From assembly GCF_003428155.1 (NCBI RefSeq), contig NZ_QLIR01000022.1, forward strand, positions 1-29,504: DNA of 29,504 bases, given 5' to 3'. Source of the DNA: Fastidiosibacter lacustris. Its GTDB lineage: Bacteria > Pseudomonadota > Gammaproteobacteria > Francisellales > Francisellaceae. Every line of letters begins with the position of its first letter. Positions within the stretch are counted from its first letter, which is position 1. The notes under the pieces are model-generated. The model ran no database searches and was not told the DNA's origin. It worked only from the letters and a program-made list of their open reading frames with translations. The translations under genes and the position numbers were made by a program. Shown here piece by piece: positions 7,924 to 17,061 of this stretch.

Positions 7924-8318
7924 TTAATGTAAAGCTCGATAACGATATTGTAAATTAACTCTGCTTTTTGAAAAGCAGATACTTTTCCTGGCAAGTCGCT
8001 TTATTCTGATCCTAAATGTCAAAAACTTACGCCCAATCTTCTGTGTATTACGTTTCCCTATGTCATGATATTCATCGGGAATATATTTGGAATAGCTATG
8101 CCAGTCATCACTGTAGAATAGTTCAACCGTGAAACGTTTTGAGAAGTAATTACAAAGCTTTCATGCATATGTCTACCAAAATAATAGGCAACAATTTGAC
8201 TTGTCTTGTAGCAGCTATACTTTTGAACTCCTGCTGGATTCGATTTTAGCTTATGCTTGCCTGCCTTAGTCGTTTTATTAGAATTGCATGATCTGCAACA
8301 AACGTCAATTTTTGCCAT
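7924..8318 (-). pseudogene. IS1-family transposase remnant: InsA-like N-terminus joined to an InsB-like C-terminus by internal deletion and frameshift
   Basis: ORF 8318-8058 begins MAKIDVCCRSCNS...QKYSCYK (InsA-type zinc-finger layout). A second frame from about 8110 reads FYSDDWHSYSKYIPDEYHDIGKRNTQKIGRKFLTFRIRIKRLARKSICFSKS...*, which matches the IS1 InsB C-terminus. The catalytic core is missing. Element ends not identified. Confidence 0.6.
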
Positions 8319-8409
8319 TTTTGATTTAAGAGTATGAAAGCAAATGTGCTAGATAACAACACTACCCATTTTACAACCCTGCCAAAACCTTTATTTCTAC
8401 GCAAATAAG

Positions 8410-8912
8410 TATAGTCATTCTAAAATAAACCAATCCATAATATATTGATAAGCTTTAATTGGTAGAAACTTTTTATGGAACGGATGTCATACAGTATAGA
8501 TTTGAAAAAGCGTGTCGTTAATTTTGTGCGAGCCGGTGGCTCAAAAGCAGAAGCTTGCAGGCGCTTTTCTATAAGTAAGTGGTGCATTGACCAATGGTGT
8601 AAACGAGACGATTTAGCACCTATTTCACCACCAGGACGTCCTCGCAAAAATTTAGATTGGAAGACTCTAAGAAAAGACATTATGGAAAAGCCTGACAAAG
8701 CTCTGAAGAGAACATGCCAAAGAGCATGGAGTGAGAATAAACGCTATTTGGTATGACTGCAAACAAATGGGAATAGTCATAAAAAACGACTAAATATTGT
8801 GAACGTTGCCATGAAAAGCGCATCAGCTATTTGAAAAAACGAAGAATGTATGGTGACTACGACAACCTAGATCAGCTGATCAAAGGGATGGAAATATATT
8901 GGAATGACTATA
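8410..8912 (+). mobile_element. Internally deleted, non-autonomous IS630/Tc1-mariner-family element (503 bp) with intact terminal inverted repeats
   Basis: Perfect 11-bp inverted repeat TATAGTCATTC (8410-8420) / GAATGACTATA (8902-8912), extendable with mismatches and starting and ending on TA. The interior encodes only N- and C-terminal transposase segments. Confidence 0.7.
8475..8756 (+). pseudogene. IS630-family transposase N-terminal (HTH) fragment
   Basis: MSYSIDLKKRVVNFVRAGGSKAEACRRFSISKWCIDQWCKR...PPGRPRK is typical of the IS630 N-terminus. A shift near 8700-8715 leads to REHAKEHGVRINAIWYDCKQMGI, then ERCHEKRISYLKK in another frame. The DDE domain is absent. Confidence 0.7.
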
Positions 8913-9063
8913 GTTGTAAACTAATTGATAAATATTTTGAAGCATACCTTTTTATCTACAAAGTGAGTCTGCACGGTTTTAATTAGTAAAAAAATGGCTA
9001 TACTATGACGCTAGGTTGTTTCCAATAACCTACCTAGATACAAAGGAACTAAGGAAAATCAAT

Positions 9064-10056
9064 ATGATCAAGCATTTGCACTTTTTTATATCTTGCATAA
9101 AATGGTTGCACAGCTCTCTGTTACTGTTTTCGGTTAGATATAGAAAACTAAACCCCCAAAAGAGTAGTGCAAGCCCTTTATTAATAATTGCAGGATTAGT
9201 CTCTCTTTTATTATTAAGCGGCTGTAGCTCTGGTGTGTTAGACCCACAAGGTCCGATTGCACATCATGAATTAAGATTACTTGTATTTGCAACTCTATTG
9301 ATGTTGATTGTTGTACTACCTGTGATTTTTTTAACTTTCTGGTTTGCCTGGCGCTACCGTGCATCCGCAACTAAGTCAAAATATCGCCCTGAGTGGTCGC
9401 ACAGCACAATTCTAGAGATTATCTGGTGGACCATTCCGTGCGTTATTATTTTAATTTTGGCGATTGTAACTTGGGTGACAACACACTCACTTAATCCGTA
9501 TAAACCATTAGAGTCTGATAAAGCACCAGTTGAAGTCGAAGTAGTTGCACTTGATTGGAAATGGATGTTTATTTATCCTGAGTATGATATTGCTACGGTG
9601 AATAAACTTGTCATTCCTGTTGGACGTCCAATTAACTTTAGAATCACGTCGGCTGCCCCTATGAACTCTTTCTTTATCCCGCAGCTAGGTGGACAGATTT
9701 ATGCGATGACTGGGATGATTACGAAGTTACATTTATTAGCACAAAATCCAGGTCAATACCGCGGCTTTTCAGCAAACTATACAGGTCTGGGGTTTGCACA
9801 TATGCAGTTTTACGCCGATGTAACTTCTGAGCAAAACTTTAATGACTGGATTGCTGAAGTAAAAACGGATAAGAAAACATTGACATGGGAATATTTCTGG
9901 GATCATTTGATGAAACAATCAATTAACGACCCAGTAACTTATTATGGGCACGTTGATAAAAATCTTTTCAATGAGATCATTATGTATTACATGATACCAA
10001 ACTATAAGCGTGGCATGATGGGGCATATGCACCATATGTCAGAAATGAGTCATTAG
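9064..10056 (+). CDS. cyoA: Cytochrome bo3 ubiquinol oxidase subunit II
   Basis: Lipobox LLLLSGCSSGVLDPQGPIA, two TM helices, then a cupredoxin domain (ALDWKWMFIYPE, NSFFIPQLGGQIYAM, FSANYTGLGFAHM). Start uncertain: the ORF track begins at TTG 9016; I chose ATG 9064. Confidence 0.9.
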   Translation: MIKHLHFFISCIKWLHSSLLLFSVRYRKLNPQKSSASPLLIIAGLVSLLLLSGCSSGVLDPQGPIAHHELRLLVFATLLMLIVVLPVIFLTFWFAWRYRASATKSKYRPEWSHSTILEIIWWTIPCVIILILAIVTWVTTHSLNPYKPLESDKAPVEVEVVALDWKWMFIYPEYDIATVNKLVIPVGRPINFRITSAAPMNSFFIPQLGGQIYAMTGMITKLHLLAQNPGQYRGFSANYTGLGFAHMQFYADVTSEQNFNDWIAEVKTDKKTLTWEYFWDHLMKQSINDPVTYYGHVDKNLFNEIIMYYMIPNYKRGMMGHMHHMSEMSH

Positions 10057-10075
10057 TAAGAAATAGGAAAAAAAT

Positions 10076-12106
10076 ATGTTAGAAACGTTAATTGGAAGGC
10101 TCAGTAACCCACATGATGTCTTCCCATATTTGTATGAACCTATCAGCCAGCAATTAATCTTCCTTGGTATGTTTATACTCATTGTCATTGGTGGTGCGGT
10201 AGTATTGGGTGGTGTTACTTACTTCAAGAAATGGGGATACCTTTGGCGTGAATGGTTTACAACTGTAGATCATAAAAAAATTGGAATCATGTATATCATT
10301 GTTGCAATGGTGATGTTATTTCGTGGTTTTATGGATGCAGTGATGATGCGCGCGCAACAAGCTTTAGCATCAGGAGATCATACTGGTTATTTAATCGCTG
10401 AGCACTTCGATCAGATTTTCACTGCACATGGCGTAATCATGATTTTCTTTGTAGCAATGCCACTTATGTTCGGTTTGATGAATATTGTAATACCGTTGCA
10501 AATTGGTGCACGTGATGTAGCATTTCCTTATCTAAACTCTTTAAGCTTTTGGCTTTTTGTTGCTGGTGTTGTTTTAGTTAACATGTCATTATTGATTGGA
10601 GATTTTGCTCACACGGGTTGGTTGGCTTATCCACCATATTCTGAGACTGCCTACAGTCCTGGAGTGGGGGTTGATTATTGGATTTGGGCGTTGCAGATAT
10701 CCGGAATTGGCTCTTTAATGACAGGAGTAAACTTCTTTGTCACCATTATTAAAATGCGCTGCAAGGGCATGACATTAATGAAAATGCCGATCTTTACTTG
10801 GACTTCTCTTTGTTCAGTTGTTCTCATAATTGCTGCTTTCCCTGTGTTAACTGTAACATTAGGGCTTTTGACACTCGATCGTTATTTTGATATGCAGTTC
10901 TTTACCACAAGCGGTGGTGGAGATCAGATGATGTACGTCAACTTGATTTGGATTTGGGGTCATCCTGAGGTTTATATTTTGATCTTACCTGCGTTTGGTA
11001 TTTTCTCTGAAATCACAGCGGTATTTTCAAGAAAATACTTGTTTGGCTATGCAACAATGGTATGGGCAACTGTTGTTATTACCATCCTTTCTTTTTCAGT
11101 ATGGTTACACCATTTCTTTACGATGGGGGCAGGAGCAAATGTCAATGCTTTCTTTGGTATTATGACAATGATTATCTCTATACCAACCGGTGTAAAAATC
11201 TTTAATTGGTTGTTTACCATGTTCCGTGGACGAATTACCTTTACTACACCAATGTATTGGTTAATGGGCTTTTTGGTGACTTTCACAATCGGTGGTATGA
11301 CAGGTGTATTGTTGTCCGTGCCAGGAATTGATTTTCAAATGCACAATAGCGTGTTTTTAATTGCTCATTTCCATAATGTTATTATAGGTGGTGTGGTATT
11401 TGGCTATTTTGCGGGTCTTATCTACTGGTTTCCTAAAATGTTTGGCTTTAAGCTGAATGAGCGCTTAGGAAAGTGGTCATTTTGGTGCTGGATCATCGGT
11501 TTCTTTGTTGCCTTTATGCCATTATATTATTTAGGTGCAATCGGGATGACCAGACGTTTATATCATTATGATGCATCAACTGGTTTCCAACCTTGGCTCA
11601 TTGTCGCTTGGGGTGGTGCAATGCTAATTGCAGTAGGTGTTTTTCTGCAAGTTTTGCAAATCATTGTTAGTATTAAAGATCGTCATAAAAACCGTGACTT
11701 AACAGGTGATCCTTGGGATGGGCGCACACTCGAGTGGGCAACCCCTTCTCCTGCACCATTTTATAATTTTGCATTTGATCCTGTGGTTGACTCACGAGAT
11801 GGTTTCTGGGAACAAAAGCACAAAGGTTTAAATATTGAAAACAGACCTGTATCTGAGAAAAAAGGTTATCAAGATATACATATGCCACGCAACACCGGAG
11901 TTGCTTTTGTAATTAGCTGCTTTGGCTTGGTATTTGGTTTTGCGATGATATGGCATATTTGGTGGTTAGCAGCAGTTGGTTTAATTGGAGTTGTAAGTTC
12001 AATTATTGCACGTTCGTTTAATTATGATATTGACTACTACGTCAAAGCAAAAGAAGTTGAAAAAATTGAAAATGAAATTAAAAAGATGAATAAGGTCGGT
12101 ATATGA
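10076..12106 (+). CDS. cyoB: Cytochrome bo3 ubiquinol oxidase subunit I (heme-copper oxidase)
   Basis: 676-aa ORF with hallmark heme-copper motifs (WFFGHPEVY-type: [17 protein letters not shown]; HHFFTMG; FLIAHFHNV). Confidence 0.95.
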   Translation: MLETLIGRLSNPHDVFPYLYEPISQQLIFLGMFILIVIGGAVVLGGVTYFKKWGYLWREWFTTVDHKKIGIMYIIVAMVMLFRGFMDAVMMRAQQALASGDHTGYLIAEHFDQIFTAHGVIMIFFVAMPLMFGLMNIVIPLQIGARDVAFPYLNSLSFWLFVAGVVLVNMSLLIGDFAHTGWLAYPPYSETAYSPGVGVDYWIWALQISGIGSLMTGVNFFVTIIKMRCKGMTLMKMPIFTWTSLCSVVLIIAAFPVLTVTLGLLTLDRYFDMQFFTTSGGGDQMMYVNLIWIWGHPEVYILILPAFGIFSEITAVFSRKYLFGYATMVWATVVITILSFSVWLHHFFTMGAGANVNAFFGIMTMIISIPTGVKIFNWLFTMFRGRITFTTPMYWLMGFLVTFTIGGMTGVLLSVPGIDFQMHNSVFLIAHFHNVIIGGVVFGYFAGLIYWFPKMFGFKLNERLGKWSFWCWIIGFFVAFMPLYYLGAIGMTRRLYHYDASTGFQPWLIVAWGGAMLIAVGVFLQVLQIIVSIKDRHKNRDLTGDPWDGRTLEWATPSPAPFYNFAFDPVVDSRDGFWEQKHKGLNIENRPVSEKKGYQDIHMPRNTGVAFVISCFGLVFGFAMIWHIWWLAAVGLIGVVSSIIARSFNYDIDYYVKAKEVEKIENEIKKMNKVGI

Positions 12107-12708
12107 GCGCCACAACTGTAGAAAATCATTATAACGAACACCATCATCACTTTGATGGTTCTAAAAGCGTTTTTGGCTTTTGGATATATATTATGAGTGA
12201 CTGCGTATTGTTTGCGACTTTGTTTGCAGTATACGCAGTTTTTCACACTCATACTTTTGGTGGACCAAGTGCAAAAGAATTATTTAGCCTACCATTTGTC
12301 TTTGTTGAAACGATGCTTCTTTTGATCAGTAGTTTTACTTTTGGTTTGGCGATGTTATCTCGCACAACAGGGAATACAAATACAGTCAATGGTTGGTTAT
12401 GGGTGACTTTCTTCTTAGGTCTAGGGTTTATTGTTATGGAATTTTATGAGTTCCATCATCTTTATATGGAAGGGCATTCGTGGACGCAAAGTGCGTTTCT
12501 ATCTTCATTCTTTACCTTGGTGGGCACGCATGGTTTACACGTAACTATTGGTTTGATCTGGATTTTGAGCATGATTTTTCAAATCCGTAAGCATGGTATT
12601 ACACCGATGAGCAAGACAAAACTTACCTATTTAGGTTTGTTCTGGCATTTTTTGGATATCGTGTGGATTTTCGTATTCTCTATTGTTTACTTGATGGGAG
12701 CAATCTAA
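12103..12708 (+). CDS. cyoC: Cytochrome bo3 ubiquinol oxidase subunit III
   Basis: 201-aa polytopic ORF, ATGA overlap with cyoB, position and length typical. [10 protein letters not shown] and [12 protein letters not shown] motifs. Confidence 0.9.
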   Translation: MSATTVENHYNEHHHHFDGSKSVFGFWIYIMSDCVLFATLFAVYAVFHTHTFGGPSAKELFSLPFVFVETMLLLISSFTFGLAMLSRTTGNTNTVNGWLWVTFFLGLGFIVMEFYEFHHLYMEGHSWTQSAFLSSFFTLVGTHGLHVTIGLIWILSMIFQIRKHGITPMSKTKLTYLGLFWHFLDIVWIFVFSIVYLMGAI

Positions 12709-12709
12709 T

Positions 12710-13048
12710 ATGTCTAAAAAACACTTGTACGATCATGATACTGGATCAGCATACGGAACCTATAAAACCTATATCACAGGCTTCTTATTATCCGTAATTA
12801 TTACAATAATTGCTTTTTGTATTGTTGGCTTTAAGACATTTCCACCTATTGGCTTATACATATCTGTTTCCATTTTAGCCTTTATCCAGCTATATGTACA
12901 ACTTGTATTTTTCCTTCACTTAAGTACAGATTCAAAGGCGCGTTGGAACTTAATTAGTTTTGTCTTTGCAGTTATTGTAGTATTAATTTTGGTAATCGGT
13001 ACACTATGGATTATGTTCAACCTTTACAGCATGATGATGGTCATGTAA
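12710..13048 (+). CDS. cyoD: Cytochrome bo3 ubiquinol oxidase subunit IV
   Basis: 112-aa ORF with 3 TM segments, immediately after cyoC. YITGFLLSVIITIIAF is typical of the CyoD N-terminus. Confidence 0.85.
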   Translation: MSKKHLYDHDTGSAYGTYKTYITGFLLSVIITIIAFCIVGFKTFPPIGLYISVSILAFIQLYVQLVFFLHLSTDSKARWNLISFVFAVIVVLILVIGTLWIMFNLYSMMMVM

Positions 13049-13053
13049 ACCTA

Positions 13054-13890
13054 ATGAAGTTCATCAAACTGGTCAAACCCGGTATTATTTTCGGCAATAT
13101 TGTTACCTTGTGTGGTGGCTTTTTTGTTGCAGTACAAGGCAATTTTTCATGGAGCGTATTTTTGAGCGCACTTTTTGGCATGGCATTTATAATCGCTTCT
13201 GGCTGTGTGCTTAATAATTACATCGATCGCGACATTGATCAGTTGATGAAGCGCACCCAAAACAGACCTTCTGCTTGTGGTCTTGTTTCGCTTAAATTTG
13301 CATTAAGCTATGCTTTTATTTTAGGTGCCATTGGCTTTGCTATATTATTGGTTGGGACAAATCTATTAACCATAATTATTGCGGCAATTGGACTTTTTGC
13401 ATATGTTGTGGCATATACTTTATGGTTTAAACGTAATTCCATTTTTGGTACGGTTATCGGTGCAATTTCAGGATCAATACCACCAGTCATAGGTTATACG
13501 GCGATGACAAATCACTTTGACTTGGTTGCGGTTGTGTTGTTTGTCATTTTATTTTGTTGGCAAATACCACACTTTTTTGCAATTGCGATTTACCGCAAAG
13601 ATGATTATGCCGCAGCAAACATTCCAGTATTGCCACTAAAACGTAGCATGCTTTATACCAAAGTCAATATACTGTTGTTTGTACTACTATACGTTTTGGC
13701 AACATTCATGCTCATGATTGTTGCCACAGTACACCTTTTGTATTGTGCTGTTGCAATTATTTTAGGTGCGACTTGGATAATGTTAAGTATTCAAGGTTTT
13801 AAAATGGAGAATCATGAACAGTGGGCACGTAAAATGTTTTTATTCTCTATTATCAGCATTACCCTGCTGAGTATCTTTATGGCAATTTAG
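13054..13890 (+). CDS. cyoE: Protoheme IX farnesyltransferase (heme O synthase)
   Basis: UbiA-family polyprenyltransferase motifs NNYIDRDID and TLWFKR. Start placed at ATG 13054 (MKFIKLVKPGII), just after the cyoD stop, rather than at the overlapping ATG 13006. Confidence 0.9.
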   Translation: MKFIKLVKPGIIFGNIVTLCGGFFVAVQGNFSWSVFLSALFGMAFIIASGCVLNNYIDRDIDQLMKRTQNRPSACGLVSLKFALSYAFILGAIGFAILLVGTNLLTIIIAAIGLFAYVVAYTLWFKRNSIFGTVIGAISGSIPPVIGYTAMTNHFDLVAVVLFVILFCWQIPHFFAIAIYRKDDYAAANIPVLPLKRSMLYTKVNILLFVLLYVLATFMLMIVATVHLLYCAVAIILGATWIMLSIQGFKMENHEQWARKMFLFSIISITLLSIFMAI

Positions 13891-13986
13891 CTATCTCTCT
13901 CATATATTAGATAAAATAGACCCCCTTATCTGATCAATTCGGTTTCTTAAGAAAATACCAAGCATATACAAATAAGGAATCTAGCT

Positions 13987-14290
13987 ATGAGTCTTAAACT
14001 ACTTAGCATAGATATTGCAAAGAACATTTTTCAATTACATGGTAATGATAATAGTGGTAAATGTGTATTTAAAAAATGAATACGTCGAGATACATTAACT
14101 ACAACATTTGCTAATTTGCCAAAAGGCACAATCATTATGGAGTCTTGTGGTGGCAATCCACTGGCATAGAAAATTTATGGTTATGGGGCATTAAACGAAC
14201 GTTTACCCTCTATTTTTGAAGATATAATATAAATAATGAGTTGACTTCAATGTCAAGGTTGCCACTTCAAGAATTAGAAGTGATTATACT
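13987..14290 (+). pseudogene. IS110-family transposase remnant (N-terminal fragment with stop, frameshift and internal deletion)
   Basis: MSLKLLSIDIAKNIFQLHGNDNSGKCVFKK*IRRDTLTTTFANLPKGTIIMESCGG, then HWHRKFMVMGH in a shifted frame, then LPSIFEDI. This follows the conserved order of the IS110 N-terminal domain but spans only about 300 bp. Boundaries approximate. Confidence 0.55.
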
Positions 14291-14425
14291 TTTTAATAAT
14301 CTTAAAATTATCCATTTTTAAAATGAAAATGGATTATATTTATGAACATTTAAATAAAGACCATTGCATTAATGAGCGAATCCATATATGGAATTAACCC
14401 CTATATATGAAGAAAACCACTAAAT

Positions 14426-14459
14426 AAAAAAGGGTTGCCAAAACTGTCAACCCTTTTTA
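14426..14459 (-). terminator. Rho-independent terminator of the cold-shock gene (also hairpin plus T-run on the + strand)
   Basis: AGGGTTG (14431-14437) pairs with CAACCCT (14448-14454) and the stem is extendable through flanking A/T pairs. On the minus strand a run of 7 T follows, 20 nt after the csp stop. Confidence 0.7.
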
Positions 14460-14478
14460 GTTTTCCATATGCTTAAAA

Positions 14479-14685
14479 TTATCTTGTGATTTGCACGTTC
14501 ACTGCTTGTGGACCACGACGTCCGTCTTCAATGTCAAACGTTACACGTTGATCATTTGCCAAGGTTTGCATTCCACCTAAAGCGGTCACATGCACGAACA
14601 AGTCCGCCCCGCCATTATCAGGTTTAATAAAGCCAAAACCTTTAGCTTGGTTAAAAAATTTCACTGCGCCAGTTTGTTGCGACAT
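14479..14685 (-). CDS. CspA-family cold-shock protein
   Basis: 68-aa ORF. GAVKFFNQAKGFGFI (RNP1) and DLFVHVTAL (RNP2-like). Preceded by about 200 nt of non-coding sequence, consistent with the long csp 5' UTRs. Confidence 0.9.
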   Translation of the reverse strand: MSQQTGAVKFFNQAKGFGFIKPDNGGADLFVHVTALGGMQTLANDQRVTFDIEDGRRGPQAVNVQITR

Positions 14686-14886
14686 AATCCTATACTCTCT
14701 TATTTATTAATTAAACTAAAATCGACTCCATGTATTTAAAAGGTTTTGTGTTTAATAGTCACCTCCTCATCCTGAATGACATTAAGGTGCATAATAAACG
14801 ACAAAAATCAATCAAAGATCAAAAAGTCATGCTCAGTATAACAGCAGTTGTTAAAAATAAAATCGTTTTATCGTGTCAAATGTAAA

Positions 14887-15543
14887 CTATTTTTCAGATA
14901 TGAATTGATGGTAATTTTGATGTGAGATGAAAATTATCCCTTCTCCTTGTTTATAATCAATAAAAACTTCTTCACAGATAGCATGATTACGCGTCCCAAT
15001 TTTATTACTGAATTTAAGCGTTTCATGATCAAGATCAAATGCAAATCCTTTCAAGGTCAACTCATGTAATTCAAACAATGGCACGATTGAAATCATTTTG
15101 CCACGCACCTTTTTAAGGTGCGTTCTAGCTGTTAAAAAATAGGAAATACCATACACATCGATCATAGTCATTTTAATTTGAGCTTTATATGCTAATGCGC
15201 TAGAAATATTTCCGAGATAATGATCCATTTCGCCTCCACCAAAACCAAATATGATCACCTCTTGAAACTGATTGTCAATCAACCACAATAATGCTTTTTC
15301 AAAATCGGTGGTATTTTGATCATAGTATAATTGATATGGCACGTGCGTTTTATGTGCTTGTTCAATAGAATCACCATCACCAATTATGAGTCCAAGCTTC
15401 TTACAAATCGTGCTAGAAACTTTAATCTTATTGAAAGCACCGTCCGCACAATAAATAGGTAGGTCATTATAATAGCGCTTTATATACGATTGACAAAATG
15501 GCAAATTGATTTCACCATTAATAAATAATATTGCTTTCTTCAT
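14887..15543 (-). CDS. Thiamine pyrophosphokinase (thiamine diphosphokinase)
   Basis: Ordered TPK motifs CADGAFN, IIGDGDS, DQNTTDFEKAL and GGGEMDHYLGNI. Start placed at the internal ATG (MKKAILFINGE) rather than at 15615. Confidence 0.75.
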   Translation of the reverse strand: MKKAILFINGEINLPFCQSYIKRYYNDLPIYCADGAFNKIKVSSTICKKLGLIIGDGDSIEQAHKTHVPYQLYYDQNTTDFEKALLWLIDNQFQEVIIFGFGGGEMDHYLGNISSALAYKAQIKMTMIDVYGISYFLTARTHLKKVRGKMISIVPLFELHELTLKGFAFDLDHETLKFSNKIGTRNHAICEEVFIDYKQGEGIIFISHQNYHQFISEK

Positions 15544-15689
15544 TGTCTCAATTATCTCAAAAGTTTTATTTTCGCTCGTATAAAAACTCAACCTCTTATA
15601 TTCATCACAAATCATTTTACAGCCTTTCTGGCTTTAAATTTTGCGCGATGGGTATATACTTTTAGCACAAGACATAAATCTTAACCGTT

Positions 15690-16571
15690 ATGCATCAACA
15701 CATTACTACATTTTTACGCTATTTAAAATCACAGCGTAATTATGCTGATCACACACTTTGCGCCTATCAAAATGACTTATTGACGTTTGAACAATTTTTA
15801 GATTCTGCAAATAAATCCCTTGTCGATACACGTAAACAAGACGTCCAATTATGGCTTAAGAAACTCCATAGCCAAGGAATCAGCGCAAAATCCATACAAC
15901 GTAAATTAAGCGCCATTAAATCTTTTTTTCACTATTTTGTTCATGAAGAGATAATTGATCAAAATCCAGCCTATAGCGTCAAGGCACCTAAAGCAGCCAA
16001 AAAACTTCCTAAAACACTTGATGTTGATCAAATGCAAACACTGTTAAATTATCAACCAGACGATAGCCTTGAAATTCGGGATCTTGCTATGCTTGAATGC
16101 GTTTATAGCAGTGGTTTACGCTTAAGTGAACTGATTGCGCTTAGCTTTTTGCAGCTTGATCTATCACGTAGGCTTATTCGTATAATCGGTAAAGGTAATA
16201 AAGAACGAATCGTTCCACTTGGTGAAAAGGCATTACTGGCGCTAAATAGATGGGTTATCGTGCGAGCAACCCTCAACTGTGACCATGACTATATCTTCAC
16301 TACCCTTCAAGGTGTACCAATTAGCGCTAGAAACGTCCAAAAGCGATTTGAAAAATTTGCCAAGCAACATGCTCCAAAACACATTCACCCACACATGTTA
16401 AGGCATGCTTTTGCAAGCCATTTACTAGAATCTTCCAAAGATTTAGTCGCAGTACAAAGTTTACTAGGTCATAGCGATATTTCTACAACTCAGATCTATA
16501 CCCATTTAGATTTTCAACAACTTGCAAACGTTTATGATCAAACCCATCCACGCGCAAAAAGGAAATCTTAA
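15690..16571 (+). CDS. xerC: Tyrosine site-specific recombinase XerC (a XerD assignment cannot be excluded by eye)
   Basis: 293-aa ORF. N-terminal core-binding domain (FLRYLKSQRNYADHTLCAYQNDL) and catalytic R...HxxR...Y set (GLRLSEL, HMLRHAFASHLL, LLGHSDISTTQIYTHL). Confidence 0.8.
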   Translation: MHQHITTFLRYLKSQRNYADHTLCAYQNDLLTFEQFLDSANKSLVDTRKQDVQLWLKKLHSQGISAKSIQRKLSAIKSFFHYFVHEEIIDQNPAYSVKAPKAAKKLPKTLDVDQMQTLLNYQPDDSLEIRDLAMLECVYSSGLRLSELIALSFLQLDLSRRLIRIIGKGNKERIVPLGEKALLALNRWVIVRATLNCDHDYIFTTLQGVPISARNVQKRFEKFAKQHAPKHIHPHMLRHAFASHLLESSKDLVAVQSLLGHSDISTTQIYTHLDFQQLANVYDQTHPRAKRKS

Positions 16572-17061
16572 TTATTCGAATCCTGACACTTTGATGGACA
16601 ATGTTAAAAATTGGCAACGATAAACATAAACCAATAAAACTATTGAGTATGTTCCAACCTAGTATAAAATGCTGAGATAAATTGATGATCACCAGTATGA
16701 AATTAACCAAAATAATCAGATATACCCATGTTATCTACAGGAAAGTTCAGAACAGCGGATAAATTTACGATGATCAAGTTGTATATCTCTAAATCAGTTA
16801 AGCTTGAGAATCGTTCAAGTGCTATTCAGGCATTCCAGATGTCATAAGTGGTAAAGCGGACAGAAAAATGTTGTCATATATGGGGTGGATGAGGATAAAA
16901 GTTAATTCTTATAGTCAAACATTATTTATAAATCTTATAATTGCCTTAAAATATGAAAGCGAAGTTGAATATCATTATATCACAGCAGCTGATTTAAGTT
17001 GGCAAGCAGTTAATATTGTGAGTGTTTATATGTATGCGTTAAAGTGACTAGGAGTTGAGTA

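Noticed and set aside
8420-8698. 92-aa ORF on the minus strand
   Set aside because: It is antisense to the IS630-family transposase N-terminal fragment, which has clear family similarity.
9134-13490. Minus-strand ORFs 9134-9370, 11047-11286, 11673-11888, 12037-12252 and 13308-13490 within the cyo operon
   Set aside because: They are antisense to highly conserved cyoA/B/C/E coding sequence, so they are shadow ORFs.
14786-14810. GGTGCATAATAAACGACAAAAATCA, resembling the XerC-binding half of a dif site
   Set aside because: Only the left arm resembles GGTGCGCATAA. There is no TTATGTTAAAT-like XerD arm after a 6-bp spacer. I also found no convincing dif in the xerC-rsmJ spacer.
16575-16583. TTCGAATCC, a T-loop-like motif just after the xerC stop (possible tRNA 3' fragment or att site)
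   Set aside because: The flanking bases cannot form a T-arm stem, and there is no acceptor stem or CCA context. A similar chance match occurs inside the IS1 remnant at about 8226-8238.
16483-16710. 75-aa minus-strand ORF overlapping the xerC 3' end
   Set aside because: Half of it is antisense to the conserved XerC catalytic C-terminus. It has no RBS or motif.
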